A DNA stretch of 34,375 bases from an uncultured Clostridia bacterium (GCA_964550005.1 CAZJWT010000001.1:1-34375); one strand, 5' to 3'. Shown: positions 10,073-18,665, counted from the stretch's first letter. A program made the numbers and translations. The notes: generated by a model not told the origin, from the letters alone.

Positions 10073-10104
10073 TCCTTCTCTCCAACTCTTGCGTCCGAGG
10101 ACAA

Positions 10105-10174
10105 TAGCTGCAGAAGCAAAGCTAAGCTTTGCCTCTTTTAGCAGAGCTATCGCTCTGCAGCTACATTCTACATT
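10105..10174 (-). repeat. Compound palindrome (closing stem plus two inner hairpins) with duplicated ctacatt head
   Basis: tagctgcag (10105-13) pairs with ctgcagcta (10155-63). The inner hairpins are gcaaagc-taa-gctttgc and gcagagc-tatc-gctctgc. These are followed by ctacatt ctacatt (10161-74); the second copy contains the lysA TAG stop. Confidence 0.8.
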
Positions 10175-11457
10175 CCCCTGATTAAATCCTGATAGGTCTC
10201 TCGCTGCCGTATAATATCATATCTTTCTTTTCTCACCAGAATCTCAGCAGCTCGACAACGAGAATTGTAATTGGACGACATGGTGAACCCATAAGCGCCA
10301 GCACAGAATATGGCTAACAGATCTCCAGCAGATACTTTAGGTAAAACCCTGTCCTTAGCAAAAAAATCACCAGACTCACAAATGGGACCTACTACATCAG
10401 CCACCATTACCTTTCTCGTAGCCGGAGGCCAAAAAGAAGGCCTGTCCAGTTTCCATCTCCCTTTCGCCACTTCCTCGAGCTTGATTGGCTTTATCTCATG
10501 GTAAGCATCATAGAGAGTCGGCCTGATAAAATCGGACATCCCTGCATCAACCACAATAAATTTTTTCGAAAACATCTCCTTTATGTAGAGAACTTTGGTT
10601 ATCATAATCCCCGCATTGCCCACTATAGCTCTTCCGGGTTCGAAGATTCCTCTCGAACTGATCTTCTTAATCAGGGGTATTAAAGCACGAGCATAATTGG
10701 CTATTGTAGGTGGTCTCTCATTCCAGTAAGCTATTCCCAATCCTCCTCCCACATTCACATACTCAAGATTTATTCCAATCTCTTTCAATTTATCTGAAAC
10801 AGTAATGAGCCTCTTCAGTCCCCTGATAAAGGGCTCCATCCTTGTAATCTGGGAGCCAATATGCATATGAATGCCACAGATTTCCAGATTTCCCAGCCTG
10901 TTCGCCAGTTTATAGCCTTCAACTGCTCTCTCCAATTCGAAACCAAACTTGCTTTTCTTTATCCCGGTAGCAATATAGGGATGCGTATAGGGTTCGACAT
11001 CAGGATTAATCCTTAGAGCAATTCTCGCCTTCTTCCCCAATCTCACGGCAACGTCGTTGAGTAGAACCAATTCCTCAAATGAGTCTACATTAATCATCAA
11101 AATATCCGAGTTAATGGCCAACTCCATTTCTTCTATTGTCTTGCCATTTCCATTAAGGATAATCTTTTGGCCGGGAACTCCCAGTTCCAGGGCTTGCCTG
11201 AGTTCTCCCAATGAAGCGACCTCAGCGCCGCTACCGGCATTAACCAAAATTTTACATAGAGTGGAATTCGAGTTTGCCTTAAAAGCGTAACATACGAGGT
11301 GTCTTATCTTTCCCAGAGCCTTCTCGAAACTTCGGTAATTCTCCAGAAGAGTCCCGTGACTGTAGAGATAAAAAGGCGTTCCAGCTTCGCTAGCCACCTT
11401 CTCTACAGAAACTCCCTCGCAGAATAGATGCCCGTTCCTGTAACTAAAATGTTTCAT
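10168..11457 (-). CDS. lysA: Diaminopimelate decarboxylase
   Basis: 429 aa with PLP-Lys motif YAFKANS, GGGLG and GPICESGDFF. Confidence 0.92.
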   Translation of the reverse strand: MKHFSYRNGHLFCEGVSVEKVASEAGTPFYLYSHGTLLENYRSFEKALGKIRHLVCYAFKANSNSTLCKILVNAGSGAEVASLGELRQALELGVPGQKIILNGNGKTIEEMELAINSDILMINVDSFEELVLLNDVAVRLGKKARIALRINPDVEPYTHPYIATGIKKSKFGFELERAVEGYKLANRLGNLEICGIHMHIGSQITRMEPFIRGLKRLITVSDKLKEIGINLEYVNVGGGLGIAYWNERPPTIANYARALIPLIKKISSRGIFEPGRAIVGNAGIMITKVLYIKEMFSKKFIVVDAGMSDFIRPTLYDAYHEIKPIKLEEVAKGRWKLDRPSFWPPATRKVMVADVVGPICESGDFFAKDRVLPKVSAGDLLAIFCAGAYGFTMSSNYNSRCRAAEILVRKERYDIIRQRETYQDLIRGM

Positions 11458-11459
11458 TA

Positions 11460-12812
11460 TTATTCCTTAACTTTCGATTTCTCAATCTGGTTCTTTACTC
11501 TCTCAGGAGCAGTGCCTCCCTGAGACTTGCGGGATTCCACGCACCTTCTTATATTAATAACAGAGAAAAAATCCTCGGAAAATAGTGGTGAAAAAGCTTT
11601 CAATTCCTTAAGATTAAGCTCTTCTATCCGCTTACCCTTCTTCATAGAGTAGAGGACAATTTCCCTCAAAATTTGATGAGCCTTTCGGAAGGGAACACCC
11701 TTTCTAACCAAATAATCTGCTGCATCAGTGGCATTCAGATACCCTTCTTTGGCTGCTGAGAGCATCCTTTCTCGATTCAGTTTGAGTGAGGAGATAAGCG
11801 GTGATAAAACTTCCAGGACATTTTTCAGGGTATCTACGGTATCAAATAGCCTCTCTTTATCTTCCTGCATATCCCGATTATAAGAAAGGGGAAGGCCCTT
11901 CATCACCGTAAGGACGGACTGGAGATTCCCGTAAATCCTGCCGGTCTTCGCTCGGATAAGTTCAGCAACATCTGGATTCTTCTTCTGAGGCATAATGGAA
12001 GAGCCGGTACAGAAATCTTCATCCATCTCGACAAAAGAGAATTCCGGCGAGGACCAGATAACCAATTCCTCTGCCAGCCTTGAAAGATGCATTATCAGGA
12101 TTGCACCGGCCGACAAAAACTCGATTACGAAATCACGATCTGAGACAGTATCTATGCTGTTCTCGCTAATTGAGTAGAATCCTAACTGCCTGGCAATAAA
12201 CTCCCGATCAATCGAAAAACTCGTGCCTGCTAAAGCTCCGGCGCCCAAAGGCAACACGTTCACCCTCTTCAAACAGTCTTCAAATCTCTCCCTATCTCGC
12301 TTCAGCATAAAGAAGTATGCCATTAGGTGATGTGAAAAAAGGACTGGCTGAGCATGTTGAAGATGGGTAAATCCCGGCATTATTACTTCCATATTTCCCT
12401 CACACAATTTAACTATAGAATCCTGCAGATTTTTTATAAGTCCGGAAATCCTCCCTGTTTCATCTCTCAAATACATTCTCGTATCGAGGGAAATCTGGTC
12501 GTTGCGACTCCTGGCAGTGTGAAGTCTACCTCCCGCCTCTCCTATTTTCTCAATCAATCTTCTCTCAATAGCCATATGGATATCTTCATCTTTAGAGAGA
12601 AATTTAAATTTTTCCTTAATAATTTCCTCCTTAATTTCCCTCAATCCTTTGAGAATTTTTTCTCCTTCGCTTTTGGGGATAATTTTACACTTTACCAGCA
12701 TTTCACAATGGGCAATACTCCCGGCAATATCGTAAGGTGCCAATCTCCTGTCAAAAGATATGGAGGCAGTGAAACCTGTAGTATCAATCTTTTTTAACTT
12801 TTTATATTTCAT
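11460..12812 (-). CDS. argH: Argininosuccinate lyase
   Basis: Motifs TARSRNDQ and GSSIMPQKKNPD (fumarate-lyase signature). I prefer ATG at 12812 (MKYKK...), preceded by GGGAGGGTTT. The track's TTG at 12824 lies inside that RBS. Confidence 0.9.
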   Translation of the reverse strand: MKYKKLKKIDTTGFTASISFDRRLAPYDIAGSIAHCEMLVKCKIIPKSEGEKILKGLREIKEEIIKEKFKFLSKDEDIHMAIERRLIEKIGEAGGRLHTARSRNDQISLDTRMYLRDETGRISGLIKNLQDSIVKLCEGNMEVIMPGFTHLQHAQPVLFSHHLMAYFFMLKRDRERFEDCLKRVNVLPLGAGALAGTSFSIDREFIARQLGFYSISENSIDTVSDRDFVIEFLSAGAILIMHLSRLAEELVIWSSPEFSFVEMDEDFCTGSSIMPQKKNPDVAELIRAKTGRIYGNLQSVLTVMKGLPLSYNRDMQEDKERLFDTVDTLKNVLEVLSPLISSLKLNRERMLSAAKEGYLNATDAADYLVRKGVPFRKAHQILREIVLYSMKKGKRIEELNLKELKAFSPLFSEDFFSVINIRRCVESRKSQGGTAPERVKNQIEKSKVKE

Positions 12813-12868
12813 AAACCCTCCCAAATCTTTTACATAATCTGTCTAATGTCGGCCTTCCGCGGGTTTTT

Positions 12869-12889
12869 AGCGAAGCTTCGCTTCGCTAC
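12869..12889 (-). repeat. 14-nt perfect palindrome agcgaagcttcgct abutting a ctac head
   Basis: agcgaagcttcgct + tcgctac. The cta at 12886-88 is the argG stop codon. Confidence 0.7.
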
Positions 12890-14112
12890 TCCTTTTTATC
12901 TATCAATGCTTTTACTTCCAAAGGCAACCCCAATAAGTCAATAAATCCCTTAGCAGCAGTGCGGTCAAACTTATCTTCAGCTCCATAGGTAGCTAATCTC
13001 TTCTGATAGAGGGAGTAAGGAGATTTCCGACCGACAACCCACAGATTTCCTTTATATAGCTTCACTCTAACAGTTCCGGTAACCCTCTTCTGAGTTGCAG
13101 AAATAAAGGCATCTATTGTCTTCTTGAGCGCTGACTCCCAAAGCCCACAATAGACCAGTTCTGCATACCGGGGAGCAATGAATTCCTTATAGTGGAAAGT
13201 ATCCCGATCAAGTGTCAAACTCTCCAGTTCCCGATGGGCTAAATATAAAATTGTTGCCGCCGGAGCTTCATAGATTTCCCTGGACTTGATTCCCACTACC
13301 CTATTCTCCACCAGGTCGACGCGACCAATCCCATGAGCTGCTCCAACTCTGCTCAGCTTTCTGATTAACTCCACCCGAGGGAATAACTTCCCATTTATCC
13401 TGGTAGGGATTCCCCGTTCAAAATATATATCTAAGTAGACGGGCTTTGAAGGTGCCTTTTCCGGAGGAGTAGTTATCTGATACGCATCCTCTGGAGGCTC
13501 GTCCCAGGGATCCTCCAATGGCCCACATTCAATGGACACCCCCCACAGATTCCTGTCAATGCTATAGAGCTTCTCTTTACCAGCAGAGACGGGAATCTTA
13601 TGCCTCCTAGCATATTCGATCTCTTCCTGACGGGATACCATCTCCCATTCTCTCAAAGGAGCCAATATCCTCAGTTCAGGATTTAATGCTTTAAAAGTTA
13701 ACTCAAATCTTATCTGGTCGTTTCCTTTTCCTGTACATCCATGTGCAACTGCGTCTGCCTTTTCTCTTTTAGCAACTTCCACCAATTTTTTGGCAATGAG
13801 AGGCCGGGAAAGTGCTGCGGAAAGAAGATACCCCCCCTCGTAAACAGCGTTGGCCTGTAGAGTTGGAAATACATAATCCCGGACAAATTCTTCTTTCAAA
13901 TCCTGTATGTAGACCTTAGAAGCACCAGCATTTACGGCTTTTCGTTTCAAATCTAAAACCTTCTCAGTAGTCTTTCCGGCAATTTCAAACTGACCAACAT
14001 CGGCAACGAAGGCAATCACCTGGCAACCATAGTTTTTCCTCAGCCAGTGAATTATTATAGAAGTATCCAGTCCTCCCGAATAGGCTAAAACAACCCTTCT
14101 TGCCTTTTCCAT
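12886..14112 (-). CDS. argG: Argininosuccinate synthase
   Basis: 408 aa with VLAYSGGLDTS (N-type ATP pyrophosphatase motif) and AHGCTGKGNDQIRFE. AGGAGG RBS. Confidence 0.93.
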   Translation of the reverse strand: MEKARRVVLAYSGGLDTSIIIHWLRKNYGCQVIAFVADVGQFEIAGKTTEKVLDLKRKAVNAGASKVYIQDLKEEFVRDYVFPTLQANAVYEGGYLLSAALSRPLIAKKLVEVAKREKADAVAHGCTGKGNDQIRFELTFKALNPELRILAPLREWEMVSRQEEIEYARRHKIPVSAGKEKLYSIDRNLWGVSIECGPLEDPWDEPPEDAYQITTPPEKAPSKPVYLDIYFERGIPTRINGKLFPRVELIRKLSRVGAAHGIGRVDLVENRVVGIKSREIYEAPAATILYLAHRELESLTLDRDTFHYKEFIAPRYAELVYCGLWESALKKTIDAFISATQKRVTGTVRVKLYKGNLWVVGRKSPYSLYQKRLATYGAEDKFDRTAAKGFIDLLGLPLEVKALIDKKE

Positions 14113-14702
14113 CTCCCCTCCTTACGCTTCGCTTCAGTCGGCCGGGGTTCTCACCATCTCGAACCCGTCGCCAGACTTGTCCCGATTTATTCATCGGGAC
14201 GGCGACCCTTACGCTTCGCTTCAGTCGGTGACCTGCCTGCTCAAAAGAGTTTATAGTCACTAGTTCGTAGTTCATAGCAATCATCAATTAGGTCTACGAA
14301 CTATGAACTGCCGACTACGAACTGGAACACTCCTTATTCGTCGGAACAGCGACCCGGGGCGCTCACCGTCTCGCGCCCGCGCTTTTCCCTCGCTACGCTC
14401 AGTCGTCCCGATGAAATCGGGACCGGCGCCCCTCCTATCTGAATCTGCCTGTGCTCAATAGGGGAAACTCTTCGTTTCCCCTAATTGCGTTCGCTTCGCT
14501 CTCTGTCACCCTTTCCGCAGAGGTCATTCCTATTTATGTGAATCTGCTCCGAAGGAGTCCGACGCCTCCATTGGGTTTCGGAGTCCTGTCGGACCTGTGC
14601 TTCCCCTCACCTATAGCCTCTCCCCCAACGGGGAGAGGAAAAAACAACCTTTTGTCATCCCTTCCGCATTCCTTCCACTATACCGAACCTAAATATCTGA
14701 GC
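14113..14702. repeat. 590-bp non-coding mosaic of short repeat modules
   Basis: A 22-mer direct repeat ccttacgcttcgcttcagtcgg occurs at 14120-41 and 14207-28. Conserved-loop hairpins lie at 14142-67 and 14354-79. cccgat/atcggg mini-hairpins lie at 14179-14200 and 14405-23. Inverted heptamer arrays span 14261-77 and 14294-14324. A 9-bp-stem hairpin lies at 14460-82. cccctcacc...cctctcccc-caac-ggggagagg spans 14603-38. Confidence 0.85.
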
Positions 14703-14928
14703 AAAAGATAGTTTTGAAGAGCTTTAAGGAATTTTAGCCAAAAAACGAGGACAACTGTCATTGCGAAGAGCGGAGCGACGAAGCCCCGATTTATCGGGGC
14801 CACGGGCTTCGCCCTCGCAATGACATTCCGATGATCCCGATTTATCGGGAGAGTTTCGATTTGCGCCCTGCAAAGTCCGAAGTTTTTTGGCGTTAAGAAA
14901 TTCCTCCAGCGAGGAAAAACTATCTTTT
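14703..14928 (+). mobile_element. MITE-like composite element, 226 bp, 13-bp perfect terminal inverted repeats
   Basis: The TIRs are aaaagatagtttt (14703-15) and aaaactatctttt (14916-28). An inner inverted pair is gccaaaaaac (14737-46) and gttttttggc (14882-91). It also contains the 68-nt cattgcga element (14757-14824) and tcccgatttatcggga (14835-50). Confidence 0.75.
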
Positions 14929-14969
14929 GTGAATCAGCCTTACTGAAAAATGGTCGCTGTCCCTATTTT

Positions 14970-16157
14970 CTATTTTTTTAGGATTTTATCCAGGGTGTTC
15001 ACTACTCTGTCGGTATCTTTATTGTTAATTATCAGTGGAGGTAAAAATCTCAGAACTCTCTCCTGAGTACAATTGATAAGAATTCCCTCTTCAAAGCACC
15101 TGTTTACAATCTCTTCTCCCTCCTCGTTCAACTCCATCCCCACCATTAAGCCTAATCCTCGCACTTCTTTAATCTTCTCGGGATATTTAGATTTTAATTC
15201 ATTCAGGTGCCTCATAAAATAGTTGCCGGCCACTTTCACATTCTCCAGCAACTTATCGTTCAATAATCTCATTGCTGCCAGTCCTGCAGCGACAGAGACT
15301 GGATTGCCTCCAAAGGTTGAGCCGTGGTTCCCATATCCGAAAAGCTTGGCTATTCCATCCTTAGCGATAGTTACAGCCAGAGGTAACCCACCGCCCAGTC
15401 CTTTAGCCACAGTGAAGATATCAGGAGTTACACCGTAATGCTGATATGCAAACATTTTCCCCGTTCGACCCATTCCTGACTGTATCTCATCAAAAATTAA
15501 GAGGAGTTCAAATTTATTACATAACCTGCGTAATCCTCTGAGGAACTCCCGGGTGGCAACCCGAACGCCTCCCTCTCCCTGAACAGGCTCCACCATTATT
15601 GCGCAAGTATTATTGCCAATCGCTTTTTCGACTGTAGAAAGCTGATTGAACTTTGCCTGCTTAAATCCAGATAATAGAGGAGTAAAACCCTTCTGAAACT
15701 TTTTCTGCCTGGTGGCTGAGAGCGTAGCCAGAGTTCTGCCGTGGAAGGAGTTATCAAAAACAATAATTTTGTATCTATCCTCCCGCTTCCCTCCCTGCAG
15801 ATGACCATACTTTCTGGCAAGTTTTATTGCACATTCGTTGGCTTCTGCTCCACTATTTGAAAAAAAGACCTTGCCCGGAATAGATAATTTCACCAACTTC
15901 TCAGCCAGCTCAACTTGCAGGCGGTCATAGTACAGATTCGAAATATGTAGATGCTCTAAAAGTTGATGCCTTATTGCCTTCAGAATCTGGGGATGGCAAT
16001 GCCCTAAATTATTCACAGACAGCCCACTAAAAAAGTCGAGATATCTCTTGCCTTGCTCGGACCAGATATATTTCCCTTTAGCCTTCTTAACTTCTAACGG
16101 GTAACGTTTATACGTCCCCATAATAAATTTTTTATCTGAAACCATCAAATCTTCCAT
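14970..16157 (-). CDS. argD: Acetylornithine aminotransferase
   Basis: 395 aa class III aminotransferase with NSGAEANE, FDEIQSGMGRTGK and FTVAKGLGGG. It lies within an arg gene set. The start could instead be the second ATG four codons downstream. Confidence 0.85.
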   Translation of the reverse strand: MEDLMVSDKKFIMGTYKRYPLEVKKAKGKYIWSEQGKRYLDFFSGLSVNNLGHCHPQILKAIRHQLLEHLHISNLYYDRLQVELAEKLVKLSIPGKVFFSNSGAEANECAIKLARKYGHLQGGKREDRYKIIVFDNSFHGRTLATLSATRQKKFQKGFTPLLSGFKQAKFNQLSTVEKAIGNNTCAIMVEPVQGEGGVRVATREFLRGLRRLCNKFELLLIFDEIQSGMGRTGKMFAYQHYGVTPDIFTVAKGLGGGLPLAVTIAKDGIAKLFGYGNHGSTFGGNPVSVAAGLAAMRLLNDKLLENVKVAGNYFMRHLNELKSKYPEKIKEVRGLGLMVGMELNEEGEEIVNRCFEEGILINCTQERVLRFLPPLIINNKDTDRVVNTLDKILKK

Positions 16158-16188
16158 TAATTCTACCCAGAATAAAAATTACTTTAGC

Positions 16189-16217
16189 AGTATACCAAAA
16201 AAAGAAAGAAATAGCAA
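16189..16217 (-). promoter_or_regulatory. Candidate sigma70-type promoter for argD
   Basis: The minus strand reads TTGCTA-(17 nt tttctttctttttttgg)-TATACT, with a TGn extended -10 (tGGTATACT). It ends about 30 nt upstream of the argD ATG. It is the only clean -35/-10 pair I could find by eye. Confidence 0.4.
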
Positions 16218-16236
16218 CAATGCCAGGGAATCGCAG

Positions 16237-16282
16237 TGTAGCCCTTTCACAAATTTCAAATTACGGGCATAAAGCCCTACAC
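16237..16282. repeat. REP gggcataaagccctacac with two heptamer units and a decayed inverted partner
   Basis: gtagccctttcac + aaatttc aaattac + gggcataaagccctacac. agtgtag...ctacact forms an inverted pair. Confidence 0.75.
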
Positions 16283-16284
16283 TA

Positions 16285-16493
16285 CCGAGGGACTCCCAAA
16301 ACTATCCTTACATCTTACGGGTTCGATGAATCGAACCCCTACATTAATTGTAGGGGCTCAATTTATTGAGCCCATTCCTTCAATTCCGCGTCATTGCGAG
16401 GAAGCGAAGCGACCGAAGCCCCGATTTATCGGGGCCACGGCTTCGCCTCGCAATGACAGCCATCCGAGAGACTCCGAAAACTATCCCTTCATC
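16285..16493. repeat. REP head-to-head doublet plus 68-nt cattgcga element, bracketed by a ~30-nt imperfect direct repeat
   Basis: The direct repeats are ccgagggactcccaaaactatccttacatc (16285-16314) and ccgagagactccgaaaactatcccttcatc (16464-93). The REPs are 16319-42 gggttcgatgaatcgaacccctac and 16350-73 gtaggggctcaatttattgagccc, with a 7-nt spacer attaatt. The hairpin element spans 16390-16457. Confidence 0.85.
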
Positions 16494-16501
16494 CCAACTA
16501 C

Positions 16502-16642
16502 GGACATAAAGCCCTACACTACCTTGTAGGGGACGGACTCTGTGCCGTCCCTTCCTTCGTCACCCTAAAGGGCGACCAACCTGTCTGGTCGGGCACTATT
16601 TATGGTGCCGTCCTTTGGGCGACCACGGAGTGTCGCCCCTAC
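16502..16642. repeat. Array of five palindromic units
   Basis: The units are ggacataaagccctac (16502-17), gtaggggacggactctgtgccgtccc (16526-51), cttcgtcaccctaaagggcgaccaacc (16555-81), ggtcgggcactatttatggtgccg (16588-16610) and gggcgaccacggagtgtcgcccctac (16617-42). The last overlaps the GT39 stop codon. Confidence 0.9.
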
Positions 16643-18393
16643 GACTCTTTTCTATTTGTCAATACATAGAAGTATTCTCTATGTTTACTCAAAAGAGACC
16701 TCAATCTACCTTCCCGAAATGCCCGAAAAATCTCCTTTGTATTTTTTCTTCCTTTGAAATCATAGGAAAAACTATTTCCCTTTATGGGATAATCTTGCTT
16801 TAAGTTCTCAGGAAGTCTCCTGTATTCAGAATCAGGCAGGATGACAAAGAGAGTCCTCGCTGATGACTTTTCCTTTTCCAGATAATCGTAAGCCAAACCT
16901 ATCCGATCTCCATAGTAGGTTCCATCTAATAACCGGGAAGCGTAGATAGTTAGCCAGACCCTCGGCCCTCTATCAATTCCTATGGTGATAACTCTGTCTT
17001 GGGCTCCAACTTCCTTAAGGTATCTTAAGCCCAGCTCCCTCCAGGGCACAGGTACTGTTGAGGGAAAAATTCCTCCAATAAAAATAAAAGCAACTGTCAC
17101 CATTGTGCAGGCTATTGTCGGTGGAATTGGCAAGAAGATTTGCCTCTTGTAGAATTTTACGAGAAGAATACTTCCTCCCAGTAAAACTATAAATGACAGT
17201 ATAGAAAATATGAAACCATAACTACCGAGTGAATAGATAACAAAAGTTAGGAAGAGCGTAAATAAGGCTAAAATTATGAATAATGACAAAATAGACAGGA
17301 CGAATATTTTGAAAATTCTACTCTTGAAAGCACCTCGCTCCTCAATTCTCACCAGATATTCACCACTGAGGAGGGCTAAGGCTGGGGAGAGGGGAAGCAA
17401 GTATCTGGAATGGCGAGAGGAAACAAAAAAAGTAAACATCCCAAACGTGACAGCCAACCAGAGAAATAGGAATAGAATTTCGTTTCTATTTTTCTCCTTT
17501 CTTTTGGTTGACAGAATACCAATCAGTAGGAGAATTGACCAGGGGAAAAAATGTCTTACCATTGTACCTGAATAGTAACCAATGTTAGAAAATATACCTG
17601 TGGAAGCCCTGTTGACCCTACTAAGCAATTCCCCAAAAAAGAAGCAATTCATGAATCTATCTCCATGTAGAAGATACATTGCCAGGGGCCAGGGAATTAC
17701 TATCAAGAGGAAAAAAATGAATGGCCAGGGAGTGAAGATATCTCTTAAAGCCAATCTATTCTTTGGAAAAACCGACAAGAATATTATTATAGATATAAAG
17801 GGAATCAAAAAACCAGCAGGACCTTTCGTCATTGTAGCCAGCCCCATGGCTATAAAGGAGAAAATAAAGTATGAACGCCGATTCTTTTCTTCAAAAAACC
17901 CTTTCGCAAAAAAGAGCATTGAAAGGATTATAAAAAAGGTGAGCACCATATCGGTCCTTGCAGCTCGCGCGTCAAGGAAATAGAGCGAACTGGAAAGTAG
18001 AGCAAGTGAGGAGAAGAGTGCTCCCTTGTAATTACCGAAGAGAATCAGTGAGAAATAGTAAATGAGTAGTATACCAGAAGTAGCAAAAATAACAGATGGC
18101 AAGCGTCCGGAAAATATGTTAACTCCAAAAATCTTAAAAGAAAGAGCAACAAGCCAGTAGAATAGTATCGGCTTCTGGAACCTTAATTCCTGCCCCTCAA
18201 AGACTGGCGTTATCCAATTGCCGGTCTTAACCATGCCTAAGCAGGAACTGAGATAGTAAGTCTCATCGCTTTGATAAGTGGTTATCTCTGAAAGACCTGA
18301 GGAGAATAAAACAAAAGATGCTAAAGCAAGAATAAAATATATTTCCTTCCCTCTAATAGATCTCAAGAGCTTTATTTTTAAGTTCATCAGCAT
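16639..18393 (-). CDS. GT39/ArnT-like polyprenyl-phosphate-sugar-dependent glycosyltransferase (PMT_2 family integral membrane protein)
   Basis: 584 aa with many predicted TM helices. The N-terminal region has the ...QKPILFYWL... loop typical of ArnT/PMT-type transferases. It is downstream of a GT2 polyprenyl-phosphate glycosyltransferase. Confidence 0.7.
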   Translation of the reverse strand: MLMNLKIKLLRSIRGKEIYFILALASFVLFSSGLSEITTYQSDETYYLSSCLGMVKTGNWITPVFEGQELRFQKPILFYWLVALSFKIFGVNIFSGRLPSVIFATSGILLIYYFSLILFGNYKGALFSSLALLSSSLYFLDARAARTDMVLTFFIILSMLFFAKGFFEEKNRRSYFIFSFIAMGLATMTKGPAGFLIPFISIIIFLSVFPKNRLALRDIFTPWPFIFFLLIVIPWPLAMYLLHGDRFMNCFFFGELLSRVNRASTGIFSNIGYYSGTMVRHFFPWSILLLIGILSTKRKEKNRNEILFLFLWLAVTFGMFTFFVSSRHSRYLLPLSPALALLSGEYLVRIEERGAFKSRIFKIFVLSILSLFIILALFTLFLTFVIYSLGSYGFIFSILSFIVLLGGSILLVKFYKRQIFLPIPPTIACTMVTVAFIFIGGIFPSTVPVPWRELGLRYLKEVGAQDRVITIGIDRGPRVWLTIYASRLLDGTYYGDRIGLAYDYLEKEKSSARTLFVILPDSEYRRLPENLKQDYPIKGNSFSYDFKGRKNTKEIFRAFREGRLRSLLSKHREYFYVLTNRKES

Positions 18394-18399
18394 TCCCCT

Positions 18400-18663
18400 T
18401 CAAGCTTGCGTCGGTTTCTTCCCATAAATTAGAATTATATTTCTGACATAAACAAGGGAACCAACCGACTGTCCCAAAATAAAGACCGGATCTTTCCTAT
18501 GGATGGCATAAGCAAGAAGGAGAAGCCCACCTGAGAGGCTGAAGAACCAGAAAATATTCGGAATGTAACTTTCTTTTCTTATTTCCGATGCAATCCACTG
18601 AAAAAGAAACCTCATAAAAAAGAGCCCCTGAGCAAACAGCCCCAATATTAGCCAGAAGTCCAT
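18400..18663 (-). CDS. Small membrane protein with lipid-A-biosynthesis N-terminal (LAB_N-like) domain
   Basis: 87 aa with 3 hydrophobic helices (LGLFAQGLFFMRFLFQWIASE..., FWFFSLSGGLLLLAYAIHRKDPVFILGQ). This pattern is typical of LAB_N proteins that accompany GtrB/ArnC-like GT2 enzymes. Confidence 0.6.
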   Translation of the reverse strand: MDFWLILGLFAQGLFFMRFLFQWIASEIRKESYIPNIFWFFSLSGGLLLLAYAIHRKDPVFILGQSVGSLVYVRNIILIYGKKPTQA

Positions 18664-18665
18664 AT

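Noticed and set aside
12354-12797. Plus-strand ORFs of 100-150 aa (e.g. 12354-12797, 17582-17983, 29754-30158, 30705-31082, 8280-8630, 22788-23156)
   Set aside because: Each lies entirely antisense to a minus-strand gene with strong family motifs. Their translations are low-complexity, with no recognisable motifs and no RBS. They are shadow ORFs.
11460-12824. argH looks N-terminally short: it lacks the usual LWGGRF segment, which could indicate a pseudogene or frameshift
   Set aside because: The ORF is intact from a well-placed RBS and ATG, the catalytic signatures are present, and the 61-nt upstream gap contains no out-of-frame remnant of the missing motif. This is most simply a lineage-specific short N-terminus.
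14860-14885. RNase P-like 'aaagtccg' string and other fragments resembling ncRNA signatures
   Set aside because: It is an isolated 8-mer inside a repeated module, which recurs as gcagagtcg at 31590. None of the surrounding conserved RNase P helices are present.
16319-16342. tRNA-like T-arm sequence gggttcgatgaatcgaaccc, and ggttcgg at 22699
   Set aside because: No acceptor, D or anticodon arms can be folded around them. The first is a simple 8-bp hairpin with a CTAC head, that is, a REP unit.
16326-16529. Small ORFs in intergenic gaps (4377-4568, 8811-9257, 13985-14287, 14451-14711, 16326-16529, 23825-24022, 27244-27441, 27277-27468, 31482-31739, 1440-1745, 1611-1826)
   Set aside because: They are read through palindromic repeat units, and the same DNA is open on both strands in places. 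They have no RBS, and their peptide 'similarity' to each other is explained by the DNA repeats.
16158-16642. Possible CRISPR array, given the many short GC-rich palindromic repeats
   Set aside because: The repeat units are heterogeneous, occur in both orientations, are irregularly spaced and lack unique spacers of constant length. No cas genes are present. The pattern fits REP/BIME-like mosaics instead.
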